From a bacterium (GTDB lineage: Bacteria; Zhuqueibacterota; Zhuqueibacteria; Residuimicrobiales; Krinioviventaceae), in the NCBI GenBank assembly GCA_963675755.2, contig CAXXMD010000003.1, forward strand, positions 512,001 through 576,000: a DNA stretch of 64,000 nt. The letters run 5' to 3'. The notes beneath the pieces are model-generated. The model was not told where the DNA came from and did no database searches. It saw only the letters and a list, made by a program, of their open reading frames with translations. Positions 21,641-32,217 of this stretch are shown here, one piece after another. A program made the position numbers and the translations under genes. How positions within the stretch are numbered: the stretch's first letter is position 1; each line of letters starts with the position of its first letter.

Positions 21641-22576
21641 ATGAAGCAATCGGACCGGTTTTTTATGCTATGCATGCTTTATTTTTTTACCACCACACTG
21701 CTTTTTAGCCAAATTGTAGAATCACCCAACCCTCAAACTAAAAACCCTGACTTACAATTCGATTATTACAAGCATCCTTTGTATGAAGTAGATCCAATCA
21801 AAACAGATTATATAACCAATTTTGCGCTTGGAGGAATTTTAGATGGATCTCTATATGGCTTAATAGGCGGAATTGCACTGGCAGGCACAAGTAGCAGCAA
21901 AGGTGCGGAAGGTGAAATTACAAAATCAATAACTTATACAATGGGAATAGTTGTAGGATCTGTTCTAGGTGGGTATTTGGGTTACCGAAAGGGAGCCCAA
22001 TATCAAAAACTGGCAGACACAAAACCCGGATTTCATGGTACCCGGAGAAATTGGGGCTATTCCGTGCAAGGTAGTGCAAATCAGAGTTTTCAATTTTATA
22101 ATGATTTGGGTACAAGCCTGGTTGTTCGTAAATGGTCACCAAAAAAATGGATACCGAATAAGTTATTTATCACGTTCAAAAAAGAAAATTACGATGGGGT
22201 GATCATTCCAAATAGTACTGGAAACTATAGTCACTGGGCTGAAGCAAAAAAAATTCAAGTATTATTTCAATACAGTACAAAACCCTCATTCACAAGTATA
22301 CATGCCGGATTTGGCCTTGGTTATGCGGATGGTACATATAATGAGCGCTGGTATGTCATTGATTACGTGACCAATATTGAAACCAATGTTGTACCTATTC
22401 ATACGATATATTTTATTACCAACCTTGGATTAGAGATAAACCTGGGAGATTTACTCTATTTACAGACAGATATAGAATATGATCCACTCGGCTTTTATAA
22501 TCATCTTCAAGAGTACCAATCTTTTAACGACCAACATCTCAAAGTGATTGTCAGAGTTGGTAGATTTATTTTCTAA
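21641..22576 (+). CDS. hypothetical secreted protein with glycine-zipper hairpin and beta-rich C-terminus (paralog 1)
   Basis: Signal peptide from MKQSDRFF; GxxxG repeats; homologous to the next gene (NPD..FDY.KHPLYE, LVVRKW, GLGYA.G, GRFI). Confidence 0.75.
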   Translation: MKQSDRFFMLCMLYFFTTTLLFSQIVESPNPQTKNPDLQFDYYKHPLYEVDPIKTDYITNFALGGILDGSLYGLIGGIALAGTSSSKGAEGEITKSITYTMGIVVGSVLGGYLGYRKGAQYQKLADTKPGFHGTRRNWGYSVQGSANQSFQFYNDLGTSLVVRKWSPKKWIPNKLFITFKKENYDGVIIPNSTGNYSHWAEAKKIQVLFQYSTKPSFTSIHAGFGLGYADGTYNERWYVIDYVTNIETNVVPIHTIYFITNLGLEINLGDLLYLQTDIEYDPLGFYNHLQEYQSFNDQHLKVIVRVGRFIF

Positions 22577-22623
22577 AATTTATTATCTTTGTATACAAGA
22601 GTACAAATTATTAGGATTCTATA

Positions 22624-23568
22624 ATGTACATGATACGGAAAAACTCTCTAAAACTAGCATTATTATTACTTTTTATCACCACCCATTTAACTGCTCAAGA
22701 AACTCAATGGCAAAATATCACCCGTGATAATCCTGACAAAACATTCGATTATTTCAAACATCCCTTGTATGAGCACAATCCGCACAAAACCAATTACAAA
22801 ACCATTTATACTACATGGGGATTATTTGATGGTGCAATGGCAGGACTACTGGCTGGAGCAGCTTTGACATACCAATTGGTTGGTGTAGAAGGTGACATGA
22901 GTGTTGCAATAGCATGGGCTTTTATTCCTCCGGCAGGTTCTGTTGTTGGATTTATAACTGGTGGGATCATTGGTTATAAAAAAGGCAACAGGTATCAAAG
23001 TAAATTGGAAAAAAGTCCCGGATACTATGGCGTTCGAAGACATTTTGGTTATTCCGTATATGGAATATCCACGTCAGATTTGCAGCTCTATACAAATCCC
23101 GGGGCGGCGCTGGTTGTGCGAAAATGGACGAACAACAAGTATGTACCAAATAAAATCTTTTTTTCATTTGAAAAAGAACGATATGATGGACAGACAGCAC
23201 TTGTCAATTCCAGAGTATATAATTACTGGGGCAATGCAAAAAATTATGAGCTATTATTTCAATATGCTAAACAACCAAACTTTTGTAGTTTGCATTACGG
23301 GCTTGGGTTGGGATACGCAGAGGGTTCTTTTGAAGAAGAATGGAAAGACCCAATTACTGCTTATATTAAAAAAACAGAATCAACTCCTATAAATACTTTA
23401 TATCTATTTGTAAACACGGGAATAGAGTTCAATCTGAATGATTTTATATTCTTACAAGCCGATGTCGAATTCGATCCCATTGGTTTCCAATATCAACTCA
23501 ACCAACACAAGCACTTTGAACAACATCCCTTTACTTTTGTTTGCCGGATAGGGAGATTTATACTATAA
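22624..23568 (+). CDS. hypothetical secreted protein (paralog 2)
   Basis: Shares the motifs of 21641-22576. Confidence 0.78.
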   Translation: MYMIRKNSLKLALLLLFITTHLTAQETQWQNITRDNPDKTFDYFKHPLYEHNPHKTNYKTIYTTWGLFDGAMAGLLAGAALTYQLVGVEGDMSVAIAWAFIPPAGSVVGFITGGIIGYKKGNRYQSKLEKSPGYYGVRRHFGYSVYGISTSDLQLYTNPGAALVVRKWTNNKYVPNKIFFSFEKERYDGQTALVNSRVYNYWGNAKNYELLFQYAKQPNFCSLHYGLGLGYAEGSFEEEWKDPITAYIKKTESTPINTLYLFVNTGIEFNLNDFIFLQADVEFDPIGFQYQLNQHKHFEQHPFTFVCRIGRFIL

Positions 23569-23609
23569 TTTGCATTTTTCATCATACTTTTAAAAATAAT
23601 CCTTGACTT

Positions 23610-23632
23610 TAAATGAATGATCGTTTAATTTA
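23610..23632. promoter_or_regulatory. candidate TetR operator overlapping the promoter
   Basis: Imperfect palindrome taaatgaatgatcgtttaattta just after TTGACT; a related taaatgaacattcaata occurs at 24226-24242 before the downstream operon. Confidence 0.5.
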
Positions 23633-23637
23633 GAGCT

Positions 23638-24207
23638 ATGAGACATAAAGATGAAAAAAAGTTTGATGCGATTTGCAGCGCGGCTATTTCTTTGATAAAC
23701 GAGATCGGGTTTGCGCAGGCTTCCATGTCCAAAATCGCAAAACGCGCTGAGGTATCTCCCGCTTCCATCTATACCTATTTCGAGAACAAGGAAGATATGC
23801 TGGTGCAGCTCTATATTCAGGGTAAACGAAAAATGATGATGTTTATCATGCAGGACTATAATCCGGATCTGAGTATAGAAACCTCTACAAAAACTATTTT
23901 TAAAAAGGTATTCCAGTTCGCAACCGAGCATAAAGACTTTTTTGCATTCACCGAACAATTTAGCAATTCGCCGCTTATCCATTGCGTCAAAGAGGAAACC
24001 CAGGATATGTTCATACCCTTGATGGAAATGGTAGAAAAAGCAAAAAAGGAAAACATTATTCGTGATCTGCCCTTGGAACTGATTACTGTATTCAGCTTTT
24101 TCCCCCTCATGCAATTGGGCAAGGCACATCTGAGTGGTGAAATTGAGATAGATGATGAACTCTTGGATACAGCAGTTGACCTGGCCTGGAGGGCCATAAC
24201 AGTATAA
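23638..24207 (+). CDS. TetR/AcrR family transcriptional regulator
   Basis: GFAQASMSKIAKRAEVSPASIYTYFENKEDM HTH. Confidence 0.93.
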   Translation: MRHKDEKKFDAICSAAISLINEIGFAQASMSKIAKRAEVSPASIYTYFENKEDMLVQLYIQGKRKMMMFIMQDYNPDLSIETSTKTIFKKVFQFATEHKDFFAFTEQFSNSPLIHCVKEETQDMFIPLMEMVEKAKKENIIRDLPLELITVFSFFPLMQLGKAHLSGEIEIDDELLDTAVDLAWRAITV

Positions 24208-24367
24208 AAAATTTTCCTTTTAAAATAAATGAACATTCAATAAACATAGGCATTTGTTTTGATGAGTACCATACTTTTATTGTTAAAAATTACAGATAAA
24301 TTATCAATTACTATTTTATTAGCTGCCCTGCTACTGTTATTACTGGGACAACTATAAAATACAGGAG

Positions 24368-25570
24368 ATGAAAATGCAATACAGAACCGTTCCGAAAAAT
24401 GGTGACAAACTCTCAATTCTCGGCTTTGGTGCTATGCGCCTGCCTATGAAACGCAGACAAATTGATGAAAGTCGTGCCCAGGCCCAGATCTATTCAGCAA
24501 TTGATCAGGGTGTCAATTATGTAGACACCGCATGGCCCTATCACAATGGCGCCAGTGAGACCTTTTTGGGCAAGATTCTGCCGCAAAACGGGTATCGTGA
24601 AAAGATCAAACTGGCAACCAAACTGCCGCACTGGTCCGCTAAAAGCAAAACAGATATGCTGAACATTCTCGACAAACAACTCGCCAAACTGCAGACAGAC
24701 CATATAGATTACTATTTGGTACACAACCTAAACAAAGACAACTGGGCCCTTGCCAAAGAACACAGTGTGCTCGAGTTCCTGGATGACGCTTTGAAATCCG
24801 GCAAAATATTGAATGCAGGATTTTCATATCACGGCGCCGCCAGAGATTTTAACAGCATTGTAGACGATTATGACTGGACCTTTTGCCAGCTCCAGTACAA
24901 TTATCTGGATACGGAAAACCAGGCCGGTAAAGCCGGGTTGGAATATGCGGCCTCTAAAAATCTGGGCATTATAGTCATGGAACCGCTGCGTGGCGGAAAT
25001 TTATCCAAAACACCACCCAAAGCTGTGCAAAAGATCTGGGACGAATCAGACGAAAAAAAATCTCCTGCTGAATGGTCTCTGCGTTGGATCTGGGACCATC
25101 CACAGGTAACCACAGTGCTTTCCGGCATGAATGAAGAAGCCCATATTGAAGAAAATATTAAAATCGCCTCAAGTGCGTTACCCAACGCCATGTCCGAATC
25201 CGACCGCAATCGTGTTGATACCGCTGCTGCCACCTTTCGTCAGTTAATGAAAGCGGGCTGTACAGGGTGCCAATATTGCGTCCCCTGCCCCAAAAATGTC
25301 AATATTCCCGGATGTTTTGAACTATATAACTCGTTACATACGTTTAAAGAAAAGAGGGCAAAATTCAGATACATGGTTTTAAACGGCGGTATCATTGGTG
25401 GTAAACCCGGTATGGCATCGCAATGTATTGACTGTGGTGTTTGTCTTGAAAAATGCCCACAGAATCTGCCCATTCCTGATTTATTAAAGGATGTTAAAAA
25501 CGATTTCGAAGGCATTATGACCAAACCAACCATCTGGCTGGCCAAACAGGTTGTAAAAAGAATGCGTTAA
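24368..25570 (+). CDS. aldo/keto reductase with C-terminal 4Fe-4S dicluster
   Basis: LGFGAMRLP, DTAWPY, ATKLP; CTGCQYCVPCP and CIDCGVCLEKCP. Confidence 0.92.
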   Translation: MKMQYRTVPKNGDKLSILGFGAMRLPMKRRQIDESRAQAQIYSAIDQGVNYVDTAWPYHNGASETFLGKILPQNGYREKIKLATKLPHWSAKSKTDMLNILDKQLAKLQTDHIDYYLVHNLNKDNWALAKEHSVLEFLDDALKSGKILNAGFSYHGAARDFNSIVDDYDWTFCQLQYNYLDTENQAGKAGLEYAASKNLGIIVMEPLRGGNLSKTPPKAVQKIWDESDEKKSPAEWSLRWIWDHPQVTTVLSGMNEEAHIEENIKIASSALPNAMSESDRNRVDTAAATFRQLMKAGCTGCQYCVPCPKNVNIPGCFELYNSLHTFKEKRAKFRYMVLNGGIIGGKPGMASQCIDCGVCLEKCPQNLPIPDLLKDVKNDFEGIMTKPTIWLAKQVVKRMR

Positions 25571-25590
25571 GAACAAAAAGGGAGAATATT

Positions 25591-26493
25591 ATGCATCAAA
25601 AATGGAATAGTGAAAATATATCGGACCAAAACGGACGGGTTGCCATTGTAACCGGTTCAAGCAGCGGCATTGGTTTTGAAACCGCTCGCGTTCTCGCAAA
25701 CAAGAATGCAGAGGTGATTATTGCTGTTCGCAATTTGCAAAAAGGCAACAAGGCTATGGAACGAATCAAGGCAGAGAACGCAAACGCAAATCTGCGCATC
25801 ATGGAACTGGATCTTGCGGACCTGGCATCGGTTAAATCTTTTGTAGAAACATTCAAAGCCAATTATGACCAACTGGACTTGCTCATCAACAACGCCGGCG
25901 TCATGGTACCTCCCTATTCAAAAACTAAAGACGGCTTTGAACTGCAAATGGGTACCAACCATCTGGGCCATTTTGCCCTGACCGCGCAACTGATGGATCT
26001 GCTATTAAAAACTGATAACAGCCGGGTTGTCAACGTATCCAGCATGGCACACAGATATGGCAACATTGATTTTGAAGATCTGGACTGGTCTACTCGTTCT
26101 TACAAACGCGAGCGTGCCTATGGTGACAGCAAAATTGCCAACCTCTATTTTACCCGAGTTCTGTCGGAAAAGCTGAATGCATCGGGTAACAATACCATTG
26201 CCGCGTCTGCTCACCCCGGCTGGACGGCTACCGATTTACAGCGGCATTCAGGATTGTTTGAATTTTTGAACAACTTTTTCGCCCAAAAAATAGAAATGGG
26301 TGCATTACCCACTCTCTATGCGGCGGTAGGCCCCGATGTTCAAAATGGTGATTTTTATGGTCCCAAAGGATTTATGGAAATGCGCGGCTACCCTGTCAAA
26401 GTTACCCCCAATGAACTGGCGCAGGACAAATCCATTGCCGAGCGCTTGTGGCAGGAATCTGAAAAACTGACAAACAATTCCTTTCAGATATAA
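25591..26493 (+). CDS. short-chain dehydrogenase/reductase (retinol-DH-like)
   Basis: TGSSSGIG, NNAG, NHLGHF, YGDSK. Confidence 0.93.
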   Translation: MHQKWNSENISDQNGRVAIVTGSSSGIGFETARVLANKNAEVIIAVRNLQKGNKAMERIKAENANANLRIMELDLADLASVKSFVETFKANYDQLDLLINNAGVMVPPYSKTKDGFELQMGTNHLGHFALTAQLMDLLLKTDNSRVVNVSSMAHRYGNIDFEDLDWSTRSYKRERAYGDSKIANLYFTRVLSEKLNASGNNTIAASAHPGWTATDLQRHSGLFEFLNNFFAQKIEMGALPTLYAAVGPDVQNGDFYGPKGFMEMRGYPVKVTPNELAQDKSIAERLWQESEKLTNNSFQI

Positions 26494-26532
26494 AACAAAA
26501 ACGGCCCATATTAATATGGGCCGTTGCTTTTT
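26493..26532. terminator. bidirectional terminator
   Basis: aacggcccatattaatatgggccgtt with an A-run before and a T-run after, between convergent genes. Confidence 0.8.
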
Positions 26533-26536
26533 ACAA

Positions 26537-27868
26537 TCAGGATGCTTTTAAAAGCTTTTTTCGGTTTTCATAGATCTTGGTAATTCCATCCGCAATATCA
26601 TCCATATCTTTTTGACTTCCCAGAAGTAGGTTCTGCGTAAAGCAAACCGCTTCGTCACACAACTGATCATTATTGGGAAGGTTATGCAGCTCGTCCCTGT
26701 ACCGGTCCAGTCTTTCTTTTGAAAACAGCCTTTTATATCCGCGTGAATTGAGCATTTCTTCAATCAATCCGTCATGGTACTGCGGACCGTAACCCGTACT
26801 TAGGGGAATACCTTCAGCCCTGGCTGCTTTAATAAACTGCTCTCGGGACAATCCGTCAAACTGTTCTTTTTTATAGCGGAACGGATACAAATGGTATGCG
26901 GAACGTGTTGCTCCATTAGCAAGCTTGTAGGGAATAATACCCGGAATATCTTTAATTTTGGAAGACAAATACAGCGCATTTTTCAACCGCAGATCTGCAT
27001 CTGCTTTGATACGCTTCATCTGTGATATGAGAATAACCGCCTGAAATTCCTGCATTCGGCGATTGCTGCCACGTGAAGGATAATTGCTGGTCTTTTTTAC
27101 ACTACCATACGGTCGTCCGCAGTTGTGAAAGGAAACACAGCGGTCCATAATTTCCTCATCATTCCCAACAATTGCACCGCCTTCACCCGCCGGCAAGTGT
27201 TTTGAGTTCTGAAAGCTGAAGCAGCCCAGGTCTCCCAGGGTACCGCATTTTTGTCCCTTGTATTCTGCAAGCCATGCCTGGCAGGCATCTTCAACCACAA
27301 CCAGATCATGCTTCTTTGCGGCCGCATTTATTCCATCCATGTCACATGGCATTCCGTAAATATGCACCGGTAAAATGGCTTTGGTGCGGTCAGTTACCCG
27401 CGACTCAATGGATGCGGGATCCATGGTAAAGGTCTCCTGGTCCGTATCGGCAAACACCGGTAAAGCTTTATTGATAATAACAGAATTATAAGTAGCAATA
27501 AAAGTGAATGGAGAAACAATCACTTCATCACCCGCATCCACACCCAGTACATGCATTGCCGTTAGCAGGGCAGTTGTACCGCTGGCTGTGGCAAGGCAGC
27601 GTTTTGCGCCCATCAGATCCGCGTATTTCTTTTCAAACTCGGTTACTTTGGTGCCATGTCCGCGATACCAGTTACCGCTGTGAAGCACGGAAAGGATATC
27701 CTCTTCAGCATCCGGGTCCCACACCGGCCATTTGGGCCAGGCACCGGAATGGACCTTTTGGCCGCCCAATACAGCCAGATCTCCGGATGCGGCTTGAATG
27801 TTACCCAACACGGGCATCATAAGGGCAGCGGCTGACGCCGTTTTAATAAATTTACGTCTTTTCATCAT
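26537..27868 (-). CDS. DegT/DnrJ/EryC1/StrS PLP-dependent aminotransferase with Tat signal
   Basis: KRRKFIK twin-arginine motif; SGTTAL, EDACQA, FSFQNSKHLPAGEGG (PLP lysine). Confidence 0.92.
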   Translation of the reverse strand: MMKRRKFIKTASAAALMMPVLGNIQAASGDLAVLGGQKVHSGAWPKWPVWDPDAEEDILSVLHSGNWYRGHGTKVTEFEKKYADLMGAKRCLATASGTTALLTAMHVLGVDAGDEVIVSPFTFIATYNSVIINKALPVFADTDQETFTMDPASIESRVTDRTKAILPVHIYGMPCDMDGINAAAKKHDLVVVEDACQAWLAEYKGQKCGTLGDLGCFSFQNSKHLPAGEGGAIVGNDEEIMDRCVSFHNCGRPYGSVKKTSNYPSRGSNRRMQEFQAVILISQMKRIKADADLRLKNALYLSSKIKDIPGIIPYKLANGATRSAYHLYPFRYKKEQFDGLSREQFIKAARAEGIPLSTGYGPQYHDGLIEEMLNSRGYKRLFSKERLDRYRDELHNLPNNDQLCDEAVCFTQNLLLGSQKDMDDIADGITKIYENRKKLLKAS

Positions 27869-28001
27869 ATTCTTCTCCCAATATATAATAACGGGGGTTT
27901 ACTATAGAACATCAATTAAAAAACATAAAATCCATTCTTAAAACTACAAGATTCATGAGATCAAATGGTATATCAATGACAGGATAATTTCGGACACAAA
28001 C

Positions 28002-28029
28002 AAAAAAGGGCCTGAACAATGCAGGCCCT
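28002..28029 (-). terminator. intrinsic terminator
   Basis: aaaaaagggcctg-aacaatg-caggccct. Confidence 0.75.
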
Positions 28030-28036
28030 GAATTTT

Positions 28037-29575
28037 CTATTTTACAGTTAACATAACAACCGATTTCGGAGGCAGTGTTGCTTCCACCATACCGTCTTTG
28101 ATTTTAGCATTGGAAAAAGATTTAATAAACACTTTTTCATCTTTACCAAAATCATTATACGCATTGATTGCGTCTGCCGTAATAATTTCGCCACTGACAG
28201 ATTTTACATCAGTGCCGCGAACATCACAGGTTATGGTCTGTGCTTTGTTGGGATCAGAATTGGTCAGGCTGATATGGATAGCTCCATCTTTACGCGAAGC
28301 TGAAGCATTGATGGCCGGCACAGATTCTTCACCAAATGTATAATCAACAGTCTCAACACTGGAGGGTAACAATTCAGCATCATGATGCGCGGTAAAGAGT
28401 TTAAAAACATGCCAGGTGGGTGTCTTAACCATCATGTCGTCTTTGGTCAATACCACGGCTTGTAATACATTCACCGTCTGCGCAATATTACACATTTGCA
28501 CACGATCACAATTGTTATTAAAAATATTAAAATTGATTGCGGCAATCATGGCATCGCGCAAAGAATTTTGCTGATACAAGAATCCGCGTTCGGTTCCCGG
28601 TTCTACGTTGAACCAGTTACCCCACTCGTCTATAATCAAACCCACACGTTTTTCAGGATCGTAATAATCCATTATGGCTAAATTCTTTTGAATAATCTTT
28701 TCCATATACAGCGTTTGATCAATCTGCTCAAACCAGTCAGCTTCTTCAAAATCCGTTGCAGAACCCTTGTCACGCCAGTTTCCATTGGCAACAGTATAAT
28801 GATGCATGGAAATACCCTGCATCTGACGCGAACCCACATCTCTCATCAGGGTTTCGGTCCAGATCACATTATCTCCATTGGGGCCACACGCAACTTTGAA
28901 AGGACGTGTGCCACCCATAGTACGACAAAAAGTAGCGTAATGTTTATAGATAGGTGCATAATAATCCGGTGTCATGCTGCCACCACAGCCCCAAACCTCA
29001 TTACCAATACCCCAGTATTTTACTTTCCATGGTTTTTCACGGCCATTCTCTTTACGCCAGTTGGCCATAGGATTCCCAACCTCTCCGTTCACATACAATA
29101 CCCAATCTTTTAAATCTTTGGGCGAACCTGTGCCCACATTAACCGCAAGGTAGGGTTCACAATCCAGCAGTTCACACAGATTCAAAAACTCGTGCGTACC
29201 AAAGCTATTATCTTCAAGCACATTGCCCCAATGATAATTCAAGATCGGTGGGCGTTCTTCTTTGGGACCCACACCATCCTGCCAGTGGTAGGTATCGGCA
29301 AAACAACCACCAGGCCAGCGCAAATTGGGGATCTTGATTTCCTGCAAAGCCTCAACAATATCTTTACGATATCCGTTGATATTGGGAATGTCAGAATCTT
29401 CTCCCACCCAGATTCCACCATAAATACAATGTCCCAGGTGCTCTGCAAAATGACCATAAATATGTCGGCTAATGGTGTATTCAGCTTGATCCGCGTTAAT
29501 GATCAACTTGTTTTCAGCAGCGCTTAACGACAGCACTGCCAATAAAAGAACAAAAATGATAGTACGGCTTTTCAT
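28037..29575 (-). CDS. abfA: alpha-L-arabinofuranosidase (GH51), secreted
   Basis: GHFAEHLG, RWPGGCFAD, GNE acid/base, DEWG nucleophile, AQTVNVLQ. Confidence 0.93.
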   Translation of the reverse strand: MKSRTIIFVLLLAVLSLSAAENKLIINADQAEYTISRHIYGHFAEHLGHCIYGGIWVGEDSDIPNINGYRKDIVEALQEIKIPNLRWPGGCFADTYHWQDGVGPKEERPPILNYHWGNVLEDNSFGTHEFLNLCELLDCEPYLAVNVGTGSPKDLKDWVLYVNGEVGNPMANWRKENGREKPWKVKYWGIGNEVWGCGGSMTPDYYAPIYKHYATFCRTMGGTRPFKVACGPNGDNVIWTETLMRDVGSRQMQGISMHHYTVANGNWRDKGSATDFEEADWFEQIDQTLYMEKIIQKNLAIMDYYDPEKRVGLIIDEWGNWFNVEPGTERGFLYQQNSLRDAMIAAINFNIFNNNCDRVQMCNIAQTVNVLQAVVLTKDDMMVKTPTWHVFKLFTAHHDAELLPSSVETVDYTFGEESVPAINASASRKDGAIHISLTNSDPNKAQTITCDVRGTDVKSVSGEIITADAINAYNDFGKDEKVFIKSFSNAKIKDGMVEATLPPKSVVMLTVK

Positions 29576-29612
29576 TTATTGCCTCCGGTTTAGTTGATTT
29601 TTATATAACTAC

Positions 29613-31955
29613 CTAGTATATAGCCTTGATATTGTAATTTCCTTCCTTGACCTTGAAAACCATATAATTATCTTTATCACTACTAAATTCTATACCTGTC
29701 TGCTGTACAGCTTTATTCTTTTCCCACACCGGTTTCCCATTGCACATTACAGATTTGGGGGTCTTGCCCGCAGGAATGCCCACAAGTGCAGTTGTCGATT
29801 TAGGCACATCTATTCTTGCTGTAAATTGTTTTTCTGCTTGTTCAAGCTCAACACGTATTTCACCCGCTGTACTCGCAACACGGGTCTGGATATTTTTCAA
29901 ACTTCCCATCTGCGGCATCACCTGAAAAGATTTGTATCCCGCTTCTACTGGCGATATACCGGTTGCATATTGCGACAACAATGTTAACGGGCCGCCGCTC
30001 CAGGCATGGTTATAGGTTCCCCATCTGAAATTGTGCTGTTGATCTTCCCAGCCTTCCCACAAGGTAGAAAGTTCGCTATCAACCATTTCTGCATATCTTT
30101 TTTTCATGCGGTCCAGAGCATCCTGGGGATAATCCATCAAATACAATGCTTCCAGTACATATTTCTCCATATAAGGACTGGCATGATACTCGTCTTTTAA
30201 AACTTGGCGTATCTTTTTAAACTTGTCAGGTTTTGCCAGACCCGTAACAACCGCCAACGCGTTGGCGCGGTCATCGGTTTCACCGTCATATTCCGGTGAA
30301 CGATAGGCTTTGCCGTTCCAAAATGTCGTATTAAAATTGGCATCGATACTTGCCATCCGTTCCTTAGCCCAGTTCACATCGTCCGAACGACTGAACAGCC
30401 CGGCCATGTTAGCATATCCCTTTAATGCCAGATAATACCATTCATTAAAAAGGATTTCCATATCTTTGTTTTCGCCCCAGTCACCCCAGGTCCAGCCGCC
30501 TTTGCGGGGAACAACCAACCCGTTTTCACCCAGTTTCCAGACCTCTAAATAAGTCCTGACATGGGGATACACGGATCGCAGTGTCTCAATATCTCCGGAA
30601 TGAAAATAATAGGTCCAGAAACCATAATATCCCACACTTGCAAGCATCTGCATGGGCAGTTCACGGTCATAATTACCCGCAGGGATCGGAGAAAATATGG
30701 TGGAATCGGGTCTTTGCCAGCTCATAAGCTCAATGATTGCTTTTTTTGCCAAAAGCTGGGATTGCGGACATAGTGCGTAAAAGGATTCGCCAATTTCATT
30801 CACTGCGTCTCCCCACCATTGCGCGCGTTCTCTGTCCGGGCAATCCATATAGTTGTCGCGCATGGTAATGTACAATGTCCGTCTGGATTTTTCCCACAAT
30901 GTATTATAAAAGGAATCATCACATTCAAATTGGCCGCTGAATTCCGTATTATAACCGGTTTCGCGGTATTTCAGATCCAGCACCTCTACTCCCGCCGGAA
31001 TGATGTAATACATTTCATGTCCGTTGATCCACCCCAGGGATTCATATCCTTGTTCACCTTCTTGAGTAACATATGCTGCACGCAGGTTTGCCGGGCCGCC
31101 GCCGTGGTAATCATCTGTCAGCATCTCTATTTTCAGTCCGGCTTTGGCTTTGACTTTAAGATATGGGGTAACCTGTGCGTTATAAGGCAGTTTACAAACC
31201 AGGGTATCTCCGGTAGAGGTTAATGGCAGTTTTGGTGCTTTTGTATAGGATTTCAAACCATAATCTTTCCATTGCGGAATGGGACGTTTTACCAGCTTGT
31301 TCCAGGGTTGGCATCCCGCAGGGCCATATTCTCCCGTATCTCCCCATCCCTTGAGTTTGAAACCGGATTGCTGCCAACCGGGCATATCGTTTCGGGCGTC
31401 AAAGCATACATTCGACTCGGACAAACGATAATTCGGCTGTGAACCGGAATCATCATTATAATATCCGGGATGCACACGGCTGCGCCAGGATTGGTCGGAC
31501 TTTACCAGCACATTGCCCGTTTCATCATTCATTTCAAAGATCAATCCCGCTCTACCGCTGGAGTGATGCGAAAATCCGTTTTTACCAAAATACCAAACCA
31601 GTACCGCAATGGTGTTCTCGCCTGTTTTTAAATGTTCGGTCAGGTCCAATTCGTCATAATAAGTATCCTGCGGAGAAGGACCACGTTTTAATCCGCCTTC
31701 AAACACAACCAGTTCTCCGTTCAACCACAACCAGTATTTGGAATCTACTGCAATTTTGGCAATTGCTTGTTGTGGCAGACTGTCAAGATTAACTGACTTG
31801 CGAAAAGCAATCCAGCTATTGGATTTATCCTGCGCGTTAAAGTTGTATATCCATTTGGCTTGCCAGTCTGTTTCCTGAGCGTGCAAAACGTTAATGGGTA
31901 AAAAATATACAACCGCTAAAATGATTAATAAGCAATACAGTGTTCTCGTTCGCAT
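29613..31955 (-). CDS. alpha-L-rhamnosidase-like glycoside hydrolase (GH78), secreted
   Basis: YMDCPDRERAQWWGD, TLWEGW, NHAWSGGP. Confidence 0.9.
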   Translation of the reverse strand: MRTRTLYCLLIILAVVYFLPINVLHAQETDWQAKWIYNFNAQDKSNSWIAFRKSVNLDSLPQQAIAKIAVDSKYWLWLNGELVVFEGGLKRGPSPQDTYYDELDLTEHLKTGENTIAVLVWYFGKNGFSHHSSGRAGLIFEMNDETGNVLVKSDQSWRSRVHPGYYNDDSGSQPNYRLSESNVCFDARNDMPGWQQSGFKLKGWGDTGEYGPAGCQPWNKLVKRPIPQWKDYGLKSYTKAPKLPLTSTGDTLVCKLPYNAQVTPYLKVKAKAGLKIEMLTDDYHGGGPANLRAAYVTQEGEQGYESLGWINGHEMYYIIPAGVEVLDLKYRETGYNTEFSGQFECDDSFYNTLWEKSRRTLYITMRDNYMDCPDRERAQWWGDAVNEIGESFYALCPQSQLLAKKAIIELMSWQRPDSTIFSPIPAGNYDRELPMQMLASVGYYGFWTYYFHSGDIETLRSVYPHVRTYLEVWKLGENGLVVPRKGGWTWGDWGENKDMEILFNEWYYLALKGYANMAGLFSRSDDVNWAKERMASIDANFNTTFWNGKAYRSPEYDGETDDRANALAVVTGLAKPDKFKKIRQVLKDEYHASPYMEKYVLEALYLMDYPQDALDRMKKRYAEMVDSELSTLWEGWEDQQHNFRWGTYNHAWSGGPLTLLSQYATGISPVEAGYKSFQVMPQMGSLKNIQTRVASTAGEIRVELEQAEKQFTARIDVPKSTTALVGIPAGKTPKSVMCNGKPVWEKNKAVQQTGIEFSSDKDNYMVFKVKEGNYNIKAIY

Positions 31956-32164
31956 TCCGTCTCCAAAAGTTGATTAGACATACATATCCGGGTCCGGGGA
32001 AACCCGAATGTTCATTAATATATTATTAAACGGGACAATCATGGCAGGTCCTTTAATAGAAACCAATATTTAAATATAAGAATGAAATGATTAATTGCAA
32101 TAATTAGTTGATTGTAAACAATTATTTTTACACAGGTAAACAATTCTTATAACAATCCCCGGAT

Positions 32165-32198
32165 AAAAAAAAGGCGTAATAAAAATTATTACGCCTTT
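32165..32198 (-). terminator. intrinsic terminator
   Basis: aaaaaaaaggcgtaataa-aaa-ttattacgccttt. Confidence 0.8.
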
Positions 32199-32217
32199 AT
32201 CACAAATATTTTAAAAA

